A stretch of 64,000 nucleotides of DNA from contig JAQTZP010000003.1 in assembly GCA_028687715.1 (NCBI GenBank), positions 7,521-71,520 on the forward strand. The letters are read 5' to 3'. Below, piece after piece: positions 20,939-29,474 of the stretch (positions within the stretch are counted from its first letter, which is position 1; each line of letters opens with the position of its first letter). The DNA is from Minisyncoccota bacterium. GTDB lineage: Bacteria > Patescibacteriota > Minisyncoccia > Minisyncoccales > GWA2-38-27. A model generated the notes under the pieces. That model did no database searches, was not told the DNA's origin, and saw nothing but the letters and a program-made list of their open reading frames with translations. Both the position numbers and the translations under genes were made by a program.

Positions 20939-22195
20939 TTATGGTATAAAAACTCTTAATAAGCTCTTAGCCTTGTGCCAGAATCCTCCTCCGCCGCCTG
21001 AATCCCTTATATCGTCTTCCTCCATCTCTATAGCCTCTATTAAAAGCCCGTAAAGGGTTGAATGGCCCGGGTCATCTGAAAGTCCAAAAACCTGATGGCG
21101 CCCTTTTTCTTCTGAAAGAAAGACAGGGGTTCCGATTCTTATCGGAAGCTTCAATTCTTTTTTCGCAAAATCTCTAATCCCTAAAATCTTGGCGCCGCCT
21201 CCTGTTAGAACAACTCCTGCGGGCAGTTGCCCTTGTTTTGAAATCTTTTTAAGCTCTTTGTTGGTTAGGTCAAAAATTTCAGAAACTCTGGCTTCTATAA
21301 TATCATTCAGGGTTTTTTTAGAAAAGCTCACATTATCTTCTCCTTCAATCTTTATCTTTTTCTCATTCTTTCTGTTTCTTTTCTCTGAAGCTCCGCTTTC
21401 TCTTAATGCTCCGAACTCTATTTTTATCTTCTCGGCAGTATCAATATCTGTTTTAAGGCACACGGCAATATCGTTCGTGATATGGCCTGAACCAACGGGA
21501 AAGACCGCTGTATGAATCAAGCTTCCTTCTTCAAAAACGCTCATTGAGCTTGTCCCTGATCCAATATCCAAAACACAAACCCCTAATTCTTTTTCTCTGG
21601 GAGTTAAAACTGCTTTTGAACTTGCCAAAGGAGTGGGAATAAGGCAGTTGATTTCAAGCCCTGAAGTTAAAATAGATTTTTTTAAATTATTTAAATAAGG
21701 AGAAAATCCGCAAATAGCTAAAACATCTGCCTCAAGCCTCACCCCCTGCATCCCTACCGCTTCTTTGATGCTGTTCCCTCCATCAACAATAAAGTCTTTT
21801 GGAAAAACCTCAATTATCTCTTTATTTGAAGGCAGAGGAAATGTCTGAGCCGCTTGAATAACCCTGTAGATATCTTCTCTTGAAATCTTTTGATCTGCCC
21901 TTGAAACAGAAACCAGTCCGCGGGAGCAGACGCTGTTTATGTGCCCTCCCCCGATATTGGCGTAGATTCCGCCTATCTTCTTTTTGCTTTTGTCTTCTAA
22001 TTTTCTAACTAAAGAAGAAATGGTATCAGATACCTGCGAAGCATTAATCACCACTCCCCTCCTTATCCCTAAAGAAGGCTCTTCTAGATATCCTAAGATT
22101 TCAAAATCTGAATCACCGCGCCTCTTTAAAACAGAGACAAGTTTTACTGAACCGGAACCAATGTCTAAAGCAGTGATATTATAGGGCTTTGGCAT
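20939..22195 (-). CDS. ftsA: cell division protein FtsA
   Basis: 418 aa with actin-fold motifs DIGSGSVKLV and LDIGSGTSS, and a C-terminal amphipathic tail FWHKAKSLLRVF. It lies immediately upstream of ftsZ. Confidence 0.9.
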   Translation of the reverse strand: MPKPYNITALDIGSGSVKLVSVLKRRGDSDFEILGYLEEPSLGIRRGVVINASQVSDTISSLVRKLEDKSKKKIGGIYANIGGGHINSVCSRGLVSVSRADQKISREDIYRVIQAAQTFPLPSNKEIIEVFPKDFIVDGGNSIKEAVGMQGVRLEADVLAICGFSPYLNNLKKSILTSGLEINCLIPTPLASSKAVLTPREKELGVCVLDIGSGTSSMSVFEEGSLIHTAVFPVGSGHITNDIAVCLKTDIDTAEKIKIEFGALRESGASEKRNRKNEKKIKIEGEDNVSFSKKTLNDIIEARVSEIFDLTNKELKKISKQGQLPAGVVLTGGGAKILGIRDFAKKELKLPIRIGTPVFLSEEKGRHQVFGLSDDPGHSTLYGLLIEAIEMEEDDIRDSGGGGGFWHKAKSLLRVFIP

Positions 22196-22601
22196 AATTT
22201 AAATAATACTCTTCTTTTTTATTCATTATTTGACGCTCTTTGTTTGAGCCTTCGTGCTTATATCCCAAAAGATGTAAAATTCCGTGGATTAAGACCCTTG
22301 CAGCCTCCTCCTTATAATTCAGTTTAAACCTCTTGGAATTTTTTTCAACTATTTTCAAGCAGATAACAATTTCCCCTAGTCCTTCTTTTAAATTACCCTG
22401 ATTAAAACTAAAGGATAAAACATCTGTCGGCTTATCTTTTTTCCTGTATTTTTTATTAAGAAACCTAATTCTTTTTTCTCCTGCAATCACAATAGATAAA
22501 TCGCTGTCTTTTTTTCCTTCCTCTTTTAAAACAATCTCAGCAGATTTTTTAAGAAGATTTTTATCAATCTTTGCCAGAGTTAAATTGTTAATCTCAACCA
22601 T
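22179..22601 (-). CDS. ybeY: rRNA maturation endoribonuclease YbeY
   Basis: 140 aa with the zinc motif HGILHLLGYKH. Confidence 0.9.
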   Translation of the reverse strand: MVEINNLTLAKIDKNLLKKSAEIVLKEEGKKDSDLSIVIAGEKRIRFLNKKYRKKDKPTDVLSFSFNQGNLKEGLGEIVICLKIVEKNSKRFKLNYKEEAARVLIHGILHLLGYKHEGSNKERQIMNKKEEYYLNYAKAL

Positions 22602-22627
22602 ATTATAATTCTATCACTAATTAAATT

Positions 22628-23122
22628 TTAAGCGAGAGCTTCTTTAACAATCTTTGAGATGATAGAACCGTCTGCCTTTCCTTTTAATTTAGGCATTACC
22701 TCTGCCATTATCCGGCCCATATCCTTTATTTGGCTGGCTCCTGTTTTTCTTACAGCTTCCTCAACTATCTTTTTTATCTCTTCTTCTGAAATCTGTTCTG
22801 GCAGATATTTTTCAAGAATTTTAATTTCAGCCTTTTCTTTTTCTATTAAATCATTTCTTTTGCCTTTTTCAAACTCTAAAATTGCATCTTTTCTTTTTTT
22901 AACCTCGGAAAAAATAACATTGATTATCTCTTCGTCTATAAGCTCTGATTTCTCAATAAGCTCTTTTTCGCCAAAGTCAGGATTATCTTTAGCTATTTTA
23001 TACCTCTTCTCTTTTTCTTTTGAGAAAATTACAGATAAAAGCAAACGTAAAACACCCGAGATATTTTCATTTTTTTCTTTTACCGCTTCCAAAATCTCGG
23101 ATTGAATCTTTTGTTTAAGCAT
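22628..23122 (-). CDS. GatB/YqeY domain protein
   Basis: 164 aa, Lys/Glu-rich helical protein with a YqeY-like layout (...YLPEQISEEEIKKIV...). Confidence 0.75.
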   Translation of the reverse strand: MLKQKIQSEILEAVKEKNENISGVLRLLLSVIFSKEKEKRYKIAKDNPDFGEKELIEKSELIDEEIINVIFSEVKKRKDAILEFEKGKRNDLIEKEKAEIKILEKYLPEQISEEEIKKIVEEAVRKTGASQIKDMGRIMAEVMPKLKGKADGSIISKIVKEALA

Positions 23123-23126
23123 AATA

Positions 23127-23351
23127 TTATTTATTGTTAATTTTGCCTAACTTAGAAAGCTTCTCGTATTCCTTTTTAAGCTCCTCTCTCCTTAGAGCTG
23201 ATCTTTTCTTCATCTGCTCGCTCTTGGGCCTTTTTTTGAATTGAATCTTTCTGGCACGGATTAAAATACCGCTTTTTTTAATCCTTTTTGAAAAGCGTCT
23301 TACTAAACTTTGAGAAGTCTCTCTTTCCTGCTTTTTTATCTCTAAGCTCAT
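23127..23351 (-). CDS. rpsU: 30S ribosomal protein S21
   Basis: 74-aa basic protein. ...SLVRRFSKRIKKSGILIRARK...F.KRPKSEQ is the S21 pattern. Confidence 0.85.
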   Translation of the reverse strand: MSLEIKKQERETSQSLVRRFSKRIKKSGILIRARKIQFKKRPKSEQMKKRSALRREELKKEYEKLSKLGKINNK

Positions 23352-23353
23352 TT

Positions 23354-23683
23354 TTATCTATTTGGATCGCCCATTAAATGAATATGAAGGTGGTCAACAA
23401 TCTGACCCCCTTTTCGTCCAATATTAATTAATAATTTATAGCCTGAAAGGTTTTTATCCTTGGCTATTTTCTTAGCTGTAGATATTAAATTCCAAACAAG
23501 GTCTTTATCTTCTAATTCAATATGGTCTAAAGAAATAATGTGTTTTTTGGGGACAACAAGGATATGAACCGGAGCCTTGGGATAAATATCATTAAAAGCA
23601 ATAACTTTTTCATCTTCATAAACAATTTCTGAAGGCGTTTGATTATTTATAATTTTGCAGAATATGCAGTCTTTAGTATCCAT
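23354..23683 (-). CDS. HIT family hydrolase
   Basis: 109 aa with CIFCKI and the histidine triad HLHIHLM. Confidence 0.9.
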   Translation of the reverse strand: MDTKDCIFCKIINNQTPSEIVYEDEKVIAFNDIYPKAPVHILVVPKKHIISLDHIELEDKDLVWNLISTAKKIAKDKNLSGYKLLINIGRKGGQIVDHLHIHLMGDPNR

Positions 23684-23686
23684 TTC

Positions 23687-24985
23687 TTATTTATTTTTTA
23701 ACAATCTTTTTATTTCCTCCAACACCTTTTCAAATTTTACTATGTTTTGCTTTCCAGTTTTCATATCCCTTATTATCACGGTGTTGTCAAGAGATTCCTG
23801 CTGGCCTATGATTAAAGAATATTTAGCGCCTATTCTGTCTGCTCTGTTAAGCTGGGCTTTTAATGAATCTTTTCCGAATGATTCAGCCACCTTAATATTC
23901 ATCTTTCTGAACCCATCCATCAGTTTAAGGCTTTTTCTTTTCGCCAAGTTTCCAAGCTGGGCTATAAACACTGAAACCTTATTTTCTTCTTTAAACCTTA
24001 CATCCTGATTTTTCAAAAGAGAAACGACTCTTTCTATTCCTACCGCACCGCCCGAGGCCGGCATATCTTTGCCTCCTAAAATCTTTACAAGCTTATCGTA
24101 CCTGCCGCCTCCGCCCAACGCAAGCTCTTTTTCTTTGCTGTCCTGATCCTGCTTTTCTGAAATAGAGAAAATCTCAAAAATAGTTTTGGTGTAGTAATCA
24201 AGACCTCTGACTAAGTACGGATTTAAACGGTAAGGTATTTCAACCTCATCTAAAAACTCTAACACTTCTTTAAAATGAAGACGGCATTCCTCGCATAAAT
24301 GGTCGAGTATTTGAGGAGCATCGGCCTTAACCGGCTGACACTTTTCTTCTTTGCAGTCTAGGATTCTCAATACATTCTCTTTAAGCCGCCTCCGGCATTC
24401 AACGCAGAGACTGCTTTCTCTGTTTCTAAAATAATTAGATAAAAGTTTTTTGTAATAGGGACGGCACTGGCTGTCTCCAATGCTGTTTATCTCTATAATC
24501 AAGCTCTTTAACTTTAATTCTTTTAAGATATTGTAAAAAATCTGAATAATCTGAGCATCAACCACTGCTCCTTTTTCTCCGATTACCTCAAACCCAAACT
24601 GATGAAACTGGCGGTATCTTCCTGACTGAGGCCTTTCATAGCGGAAAAAAGGACCAAAATACCAGAGCTTTACCGGATGAGGAAGATTCTGCATTCCATG
24701 CTCTATATAGGCTCTTATTATCCCCGGGGTTCCTTCAGGCCTTAAGGTTAGAAAATCTCCGCTTTTAGTTCTGAAGCTGTACATCTGCTTTTTAACAATA
24801 TCTGTTGCTGTGCCGGTAGCAGTTGTAAAAAGGTCTGCATTTTCTAATATGGGGGTCTCTATTTTTGAAAATCCGTAAAAGTCTGCTATTTCAGAAACTA
24901 CTTCATAAACCTTCTTGAAATACTTTTGGTCCTCTGGCAAAATATCATTCATTCCTGCCTGAGACTGGAATTTTAATTTCTTCAT
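23687..24985 (-). CDS. hisS: histidine--tRNA ligase
   Basis: Class II HisRS-like (GMNDILPED, RPEGT, GGGRYD). The start is moved to the internal ATG at 24985 (MKKLKFQ...), which abuts the lepB stop. The track start is 25012. Confidence 0.9.
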   Translation of the reverse strand: MKKLKFQSQAGMNDILPEDQKYFKKVYEVVSEIADFYGFSKIETPILENADLFTTATGTATDIVKKQMYSFRTKSGDFLTLRPEGTPGIIRAYIEHGMQNLPHPVKLWYFGPFFRYERPQSGRYRQFHQFGFEVIGEKGAVVDAQIIQIFYNILKELKLKSLIIEINSIGDSQCRPYYKKLLSNYFRNRESSLCVECRRRLKENVLRILDCKEEKCQPVKADAPQILDHLCEECRLHFKEVLEFLDEVEIPYRLNPYLVRGLDYYTKTIFEIFSISEKQDQDSKEKELALGGGGRYDKLVKILGGKDMPASGGAVGIERVVSLLKNQDVRFKEENKVSVFIAQLGNLAKRKSLKLMDGFRKMNIKVAESFGKDSLKAQLNRADRIGAKYSLIIGQQESLDNTVIIRDMKTGKQNIVKFEKVLEEIKRLLKNK

Positions 24986-24986
24986 A

Positions 24987-25538
24987 TTATTTATTATAGA
25001 GGGGCGTCTCAAAGATATTTAAGGAAGCAAAAGGCCAGGCTCTCAAAAAGACTCTGCCTATAATATTGTCTTTAGGCAGAATACCGAATCTTCTTGAATC
25101 AAAAGAGTAAAGGCGATTGTCTCCCAGAACAAAATACTCATCATTTTTTAAAACAACCCTTACATCTCCCAAAGTCTTTATTGAGTCGGATAAATAAGAG
25201 GACTCATTTAAAAATTCTTCTGTTTCCCCAATAGAGATTTTTATCTGTCCGTCCTTAATTTCTACTGTTTCTCCGGGGAGCCCTATAATCCTCTTTATAA
25301 ATCTCTGGGAGGGATTGTCAGGATACTGAAAAACAATAACCTCTCCCCTTTTAGGCTCTCTGAAATAATAGGAGATTTCATCAACAATCAAATAATCGCC
25401 GTTTTCAAAATTAGGTTCCATTGATTCTCCCCTGACGAAAAACGGCTGGAATAAAAAATATCTGATTGGAATTACAATTACTAAAGAAATTATCAATACC
25501 TTTATAACCTCCAAAGTAAAAGAAAGAATCTTTTTCAT
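24987..25538 (-). CDS. lepB: signal peptidase I
   Basis: SPase I boxes GESMEP, KRIIGLPGE and GDNRLYSFDSR. The likely start is MKKILSF at 25538. The track ORF extends to 25625 through a terminator hairpin. Confidence 0.85.
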   Translation of the reverse strand: MKKILSFTLEVIKVLIISLVIVIPIRYFLFQPFFVRGESMEPNFENGDYLIVDEISYYFREPKRGEVIVFQYPDNPSQRFIKRIIGLPGETVEIKDGQIKISIGETEEFLNESSYLSDSIKTLGDVRVVLKNDEYFVLGDNRLYSFDSRRFGILPKDNIIGRVFLRAWPFASLNIFETPLYNK

Positions 25539-25597
25539 ATAATTTAAAGTCATTATAGCAAATTTTACGATAAATTGCAAGTCCTTTTTAAACAAAA

Positions 25598-25623
25598 GAG
25601 CTGCAGATAAAGCTCTACAGCTC
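25598..25623 (-). terminator. terminator of the 98-aa G+C-rich ORF
   Basis: GAGCTGTA...TGCAGCTC stem followed by TTTTGTTT on the minus strand. Confidence 0.5.
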
Positions 25624-25644
25624 AAACCTTCAAGAAAGGAACGA

Positions 25645-25941
25645 TTAGAAGCGGAGACAGCGGGGCTTTTTCACACAGGGAGGAGGCCTCCTGCCAAGCA
25701 GGATTGTTGAGGCTGACCTCTTCCTGCGCCTTCTAATGTTTGTAATGAGGCGCCTAACAGTATGCGGATTCATCTCGGCGCCAAACCGGATTGAGAACAA
25801 AGACGCAACCTTCTTCAAATGGCTGTAATTATTAATATCACAGCCCTCCCCGCAGAGAGAAAGAAAACGCTGCTGGTCAAAGCTGAGGTCTCCGAAAGAG
25901 ACAATCCTGTCGTCTCCATTCCTTCTTGCCCTCGAGCACAT
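25645..25941 (-). CDS. hypothetical Arg-rich small protein (possible HTH), G+C-rich cassette
   Basis: ATG at 25941 is preceded by AAGGAGA with a 7-nt spacer. The 98-aa product is MCSRARRNGDDRIVSF...NPHTVRRLITNIRRRRKR.... Composition clearly differs from the flanks, and the unit has its own promoter and terminator. Confidence 0.45.
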   Translation of the reverse strand: MCSRARRNGDDRIVSFGDLSFDQQRFLSLCGEGCDINNYSHLKKVASLFSIRFGAEMNPHTVRRLITNIRRRRKRSASTILLGRRPPPCVKKPRCLRF

Positions 25942-26050
25942 TTCAGATCTCCTTTTCGCACCAGTTGAACCAGCCAACTCCCGCTGCGCCCCTTCTCTTT
26001 CCTGTTAAAGCTAATCTCCTTTCCTGAAAGATACAAAGAGCCAATAGTTA

Positions 26051-26078
26051 ATTCTATTAAAAATAAATAAAGTGTCAA
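26051..26078 (-). promoter_or_regulatory. sigma70-like promoter TTGACA-N16-TAGAAT for the 98-aa ORF
   Basis: The minus strand reads TTGACActttatttatttttaaTAGAAT, about 110 nt upstream of the ATG at 25941. Confidence 0.45.
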
Positions 26079-26081
26079 TAG

Positions 26082-26110
26082 TTGCTGTTGAAAAACAAAA
26101 GTAATATAAT
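26082..26110 (+). promoter_or_regulatory. sigma70-like promoter TTGCTG-N17-TATAAT for pth (near-leaderless mRNA)
   Basis: The -10 element ends 9 nt before the pth ATG at 26120, and no SD is present. Confidence 0.4.
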
Positions 26111-26119
26111 GAAAAAAAT

Positions 26120-26680
26120 ATGATTATTATTACAGGATTAGGAAACCCAGAAGAAAAATACTTAAGAACAAGGCACAATGCTGGTTTTACAGCTGTTGAT
26201 GAATTTCAGAAAAAGAACAACTTTTCTGATTTTATCTTTTCTAAGAAAATTAATTCTTTAATATCTGAAGGAGTTTTTAACAATGAGAAAATAATTATTA
26301 TAAAGCCCCAAACCCATATGAACAATTCAGGAAGAGCAGTAAGACTGGCCCTTGATTATTATAAAGGGAAGTGCTTGGATTTATTTGTTATCCATGATGA
26401 CAGTGACCTTGTCTTAGGCAAGATAAAGATTGTTAAAAACCGGGGCTCAGCCGGACATAAAGGAGTAGAATCAATAATAAACGAGATTGGAAGCCAGGAT
26501 TTTATAAGAATTAGAATCGGGATAAGGAGTAAAAACTTAAAAGACGCCTCTGATTTTGTTTTAAAGAAGTTCTCCCAAAAAGAAGAGGTTTTGTTTAAAA
26601 GAGCTGTTAAAAAAACAATTGAAGCTGTAGAATATTTTAAAAAAGAAGGACTTAAAAAAACAATGAACAAGTATAACTAA
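26120..26680 (+). CDS. pth: peptidyl-tRNA hydrolase
   Basis: 186 aa. GLGNPEEKYLRTRHNAGF is the Pth N-terminal signature. Confidence 0.9.
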   Translation: MIIITGLGNPEEKYLRTRHNAGFTAVDEFQKKNNFSDFIFSKKINSLISEGVFNNEKIIIIKPQTHMNNSGRAVRLALDYYKGKCLDLFVIHDDSDLVLGKIKIVKNRGSAGHKGVESIINEIGSQDFIRIRIGIRSKNLKDASDFVLKKFSQKEEVLFKRAVKKTIEAVEYFKKEGLKKTMNKYN

Positions 26681-26684
26681 ATAT

Positions 26685-28709
26685 ATGAACTTAGTAATTG
26701 TAGAAAGCCCGACTAAAGCAAAAACTATTTCCAAGTTTTTAGGCAGGGGTTATAAAATAATGTCTTCTTTCGGTCATGTAAGAGACCTGCCTGAAGATAA
26801 ACTGGGAATAGATATAGAGAATAATTTTAAACCCGAATACGTAATCCCTTCAAAGTCAAAGAAAGTGATATCTTCATTGAAAAAAGAGTCAAAGAAGTCA
26901 GAAAGAGTGATTTTAGCGACAGACGAAGACCGAGAAGGAGAATCTATCTCCTGGCATCTGGAGCAAATCTTAAATCTTAGAAATCCCCAAAGAATCGCTT
27001 TTCACGAAATCACTAAACCAGCTATTGAAGAAGCGCTTTCAAATCCGAGAAAGATTGACATGAATTTAGTCAATGCCCAGCAGGCAAGAAGAATACTTGA
27101 CCGAATTGTCGGCTACAAACTCTCTCCTTTTTTATGGAAAAAGGTTGCCAGACGTCTCTCTGCCGGAAGAGTCCAGTCTGTTGCAGTAAGACTTATAGTT
27201 GAAAGAGAAAGAGAAATTGAGAAATTCATCCAAGAACAGTACTGGACTATCACTGCCCTATTGTCTAAAGACCAAAAAGAGTTTGAAGCTCTGCTTTTTA
27301 AAAAAGATAAAAAGGTTATCCCTAAAATGGGAATAAAGACAGAAAAACAGGCAGATGAGATAATTAAAGAGCTGAAAGATTCAGAATACATGGTTGAAAA
27401 AGTTGAAAAGAAGGAAACAAAGAAGAATCCCCTGCCCCCGTTTACAACCAGTACGCTCCAGCAGGAAGCTTCAAAAAGACTAAGGTTTCCGGCAAAAATG
27501 ACAATGAGCATTGCCCAGAGGCTTTATGAAAAAGGACTAATCACTTATCATAGAACCGACTCTTTGAATCTTTCAAACCAGTCTCTTTTTACAGTCAAGA
27601 AATTCATTGAGGAAAGATACGGAAAAAACTATTGGCCGGGATTCTTCAAGAAATATAAAGCTAAAGGAAAAGTCCAGGAAGCTCACGAGGCAATAAGGCC
27701 TGCGCATATTGAAAGGACTCCTGACAAGATAAAAGAAGATAAAAACTCCCAAAGGCTTTATGAGCTGATATGGAGAAGATTTACTGCCTGCCAGATGGCT
27801 CCAGCTGTATTTGACTCTCAAAGCTATGATATAAAGGCAAAAAACTACGCTTTTAGAGCAACGGGTCAAACTTTAAAATTTGAAGGGTTTCTAAAGGTGT
27901 ATCAGATGTCCTTTGAAGAAAAAGATCTGCCAGCTCTTAGAAAAGGAGATATTTTAAATATTATAAAGTTAAGCCCTTTAAAACATCTGACTCAGCCTCC
28001 TCCAAGATACAATGAAGCATCATTGATTAAAGCTCTTGAAGAAAACGGAATTGGAAGGCCGTCTACCTATGCCCCGATTATCTCAACAATCCAAGACAGA
28101 AATTATATTGAAAAAGATAAAGATAAAAGGTTTTCTCCCACTGAAATAGGAACTGTTGTCAATGACCTTTTGGTAGAGCATTTCCCTGAGATTGTAGATG
28201 TGAAGTTTACAGCAGAAATGGAACAAGATTTGGATAAAATAGCCCAGGCTGAAAAAGACTGGGTTAAAATATGCAGAGACTTCTATGCGCCTTTTGAAAA
28301 GAATCTTAAAAAGAAATACAAAGAGGTTTCTAAAAAAGATATCACAGAAAAGCCAACTGAAAAAATATGTCCAAAATGCGGGTCTCCACTAGTAGAGCGT
28401 TTGGGGAAATTCGGCAGGTTCTACGCCTGCTCAGCTTTTCCCAAGTGCCGCTATACTGAATCATTAAAAGAAAATATCTTAGGAATAAAATGCCCTAAAT
28501 GTATAAAAGGAGAAATCCTTGAGAAAAGAACCAAAAGAGGCAAGCTATTCTACGGCTGCAGCCGCTTTCCTAAATGCGACTTTGCTCTTTGGGACAAGCC
28601 TACAGGAAAAAAATGCCCTATTTGCGATTCTCTTTTAACAGAAACAAAAAGAAAGCAGGTCAAATGCTCAAATAAGGATTGCCAATACAATAAAAAAATG
28701 GCAAAATAG
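26685..28709 (+). CDS. topA: DNA topoisomerase I
   Basis: 674 aa. Toprim N-terminus VIVESPTKAKTI, active-site Tyr region ITYHRTDS, and several C-terminal CxxC zinc ribbons. Confidence 0.95.
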   Translation: MNLVIVESPTKAKTISKFLGRGYKIMSSFGHVRDLPEDKLGIDIENNFKPEYVIPSKSKKVISSLKKESKKSERVILATDEDREGESISWHLEQILNLRNPQRIAFHEITKPAIEEALSNPRKIDMNLVNAQQARRILDRIVGYKLSPFLWKKVARRLSAGRVQSVAVRLIVEREREIEKFIQEQYWTITALLSKDQKEFEALLFKKDKKVIPKMGIKTEKQADEIIKELKDSEYMVEKVEKKETKKNPLPPFTTSTLQQEASKRLRFPAKMTMSIAQRLYEKGLITYHRTDSLNLSNQSLFTVKKFIEERYGKNYWPGFFKKYKAKGKVQEAHEAIRPAHIERTPDKIKEDKNSQRLYELIWRRFTACQMAPAVFDSQSYDIKAKNYAFRATGQTLKFEGFLKVYQMSFEEKDLPALRKGDILNIIKLSPLKHLTQPPPRYNEASLIKALEENGIGRPSTYAPIISTIQDRNYIEKDKDKRFSPTEIGTVVNDLLVEHFPEIVDVKFTAEMEQDLDKIAQAEKDWVKICRDFYAPFEKNLKKKYKEVSKKDITEKPTEKICPKCGSPLVERLGKFGRFYACSAFPKCRYTESLKENILGIKCPKCIKGEILEKRTKRGKLFYGCSRFPKCDFALWDKPTGKKCPICDSLLTETKRKQVKCSNKDCQYNKKMAK

Positions 28710-28716
28710 CTTATCT

Positions 28717-28803
28717 GCCTGGGTGGCGGAATTGGCTTACGCGTACGACTCAAAATCGTATGACCGCAAGGTCGTGTGGGTTCGAGTCCCACCCCAGGCA
28801 CCA
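28717..28803 (+). tRNA. tRNA-Leu (anticodon CAA), CCA encoded
   Basis: Hand fold: acceptor GCCTGGG/CCCAGGC, anticodon arm TACGA-CTCAAAA-TCGTA, long variable arm, T arm GTGGG-TTCGAGT-CCCAC, 3' ACCA. Confidence 0.9.
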
Positions 28804-28923
28804 GTATTAAACTTTCAGGAATTTTGCCGACCGATTCGGCCGCGCGAAGCGCGCCATCAGTTCCGTTCAAAAAAGGTTCGGATTTCGTCAAATAGACGCA
28901 CCGGAATCTAATTTTCGGAAAAA

Positions 28924-29460
28924 TTATAGCTTTGTAAATCCCTTCTGAAAGACCTTAAGCCATTCATCAAACTCACTTCTAACATCTTTGCTTATTTGGT
29001 TAGAAATTTGTTTTAAGTCTTGATTAAATCCAAAATTCCCTTTAATCTGATCGACTATTTCAATAGCAATATTAAATAAAGATTTAACTTCATTGATACT
29101 CATCGAATTTTCTCTTAAAAATTCTTCTCGAGCAAGCATTCTCTTTACATCGAGATGTGCAAACATCTTATTCCTTAAATTTGTAATCCTTTCAATCAGT
29201 TCATCGTAATCTGATAATTTATAATCTAGGAAATAATAAATGGAAATGGTTTCTTTAAACCTTTTAGGAACTTCAAAAATTTTTGCTAAACCTAACAAAT
29301 AATCTTTTTCCAAACTTATAAGAATTATATTCCATGTTGGAATAAATTTATTGTAAAAATCTCCATCCACTTTCTCGTGCATAATTTCATTAAGACATAA
29401 CTGACGATAAGAAAATAATAGATTTTCAATTAATATCTCAAATTCTTCAGCTTGCGCCAT
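28924..29460 (-). CDS. HEPN-like (AbiU2-type) putative defence protein
   Basis: 178-aa all-helical protein with an Rx4-6H-type motif LRNKMFAHLD. It is the last gene of the methyltransferase-endonuclease operon. Confidence 0.5.
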   Translation of the reverse strand: MAQAEEFEILIENLLFSYRQLCLNEIMHEKVDGDFYNKFIPTWNIILISLEKDYLLGLAKIFEVPKRFKETISIYYFLDYKLSDYDELIERITNLRNKMFAHLDVKRMLAREEFLRENSMSINEVKSLFNIAIEIVDQIKGNFGFNQDLKQISNQISKDVRSEFDEWLKVFQKGFTKL

Positions 29461-29474
29461 AGGAATTAAAATAC

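Noticed and set aside
25645-26010. The G+C-rich, hairpin-dense ~365-nt block looked like RNase P RNA or tmRNA, given its size and composition in an A+T-rich genome.
   Set aside because: I could not find the RNase P P4/CR-I (GGAAAGUCC) or CR-IV (ACAGAAxCCGGCUUA) elements on either strand. Nor could I find a tRNA-like acceptor/T-arm end or a tag reading frame for tmRNA. The putative terminal pairings are not nested. A 98-codon ORF with an excellent SD fits better. This remains uncertain without a covariance-model scan.
28550-28911. Track ORFs 28550-28891 (-) and 28723-28911 (+).
   Set aside because: Both run straight through tRNA-Leu and the G+C-rich spacer. They have no start context and a composition-driven open frame.
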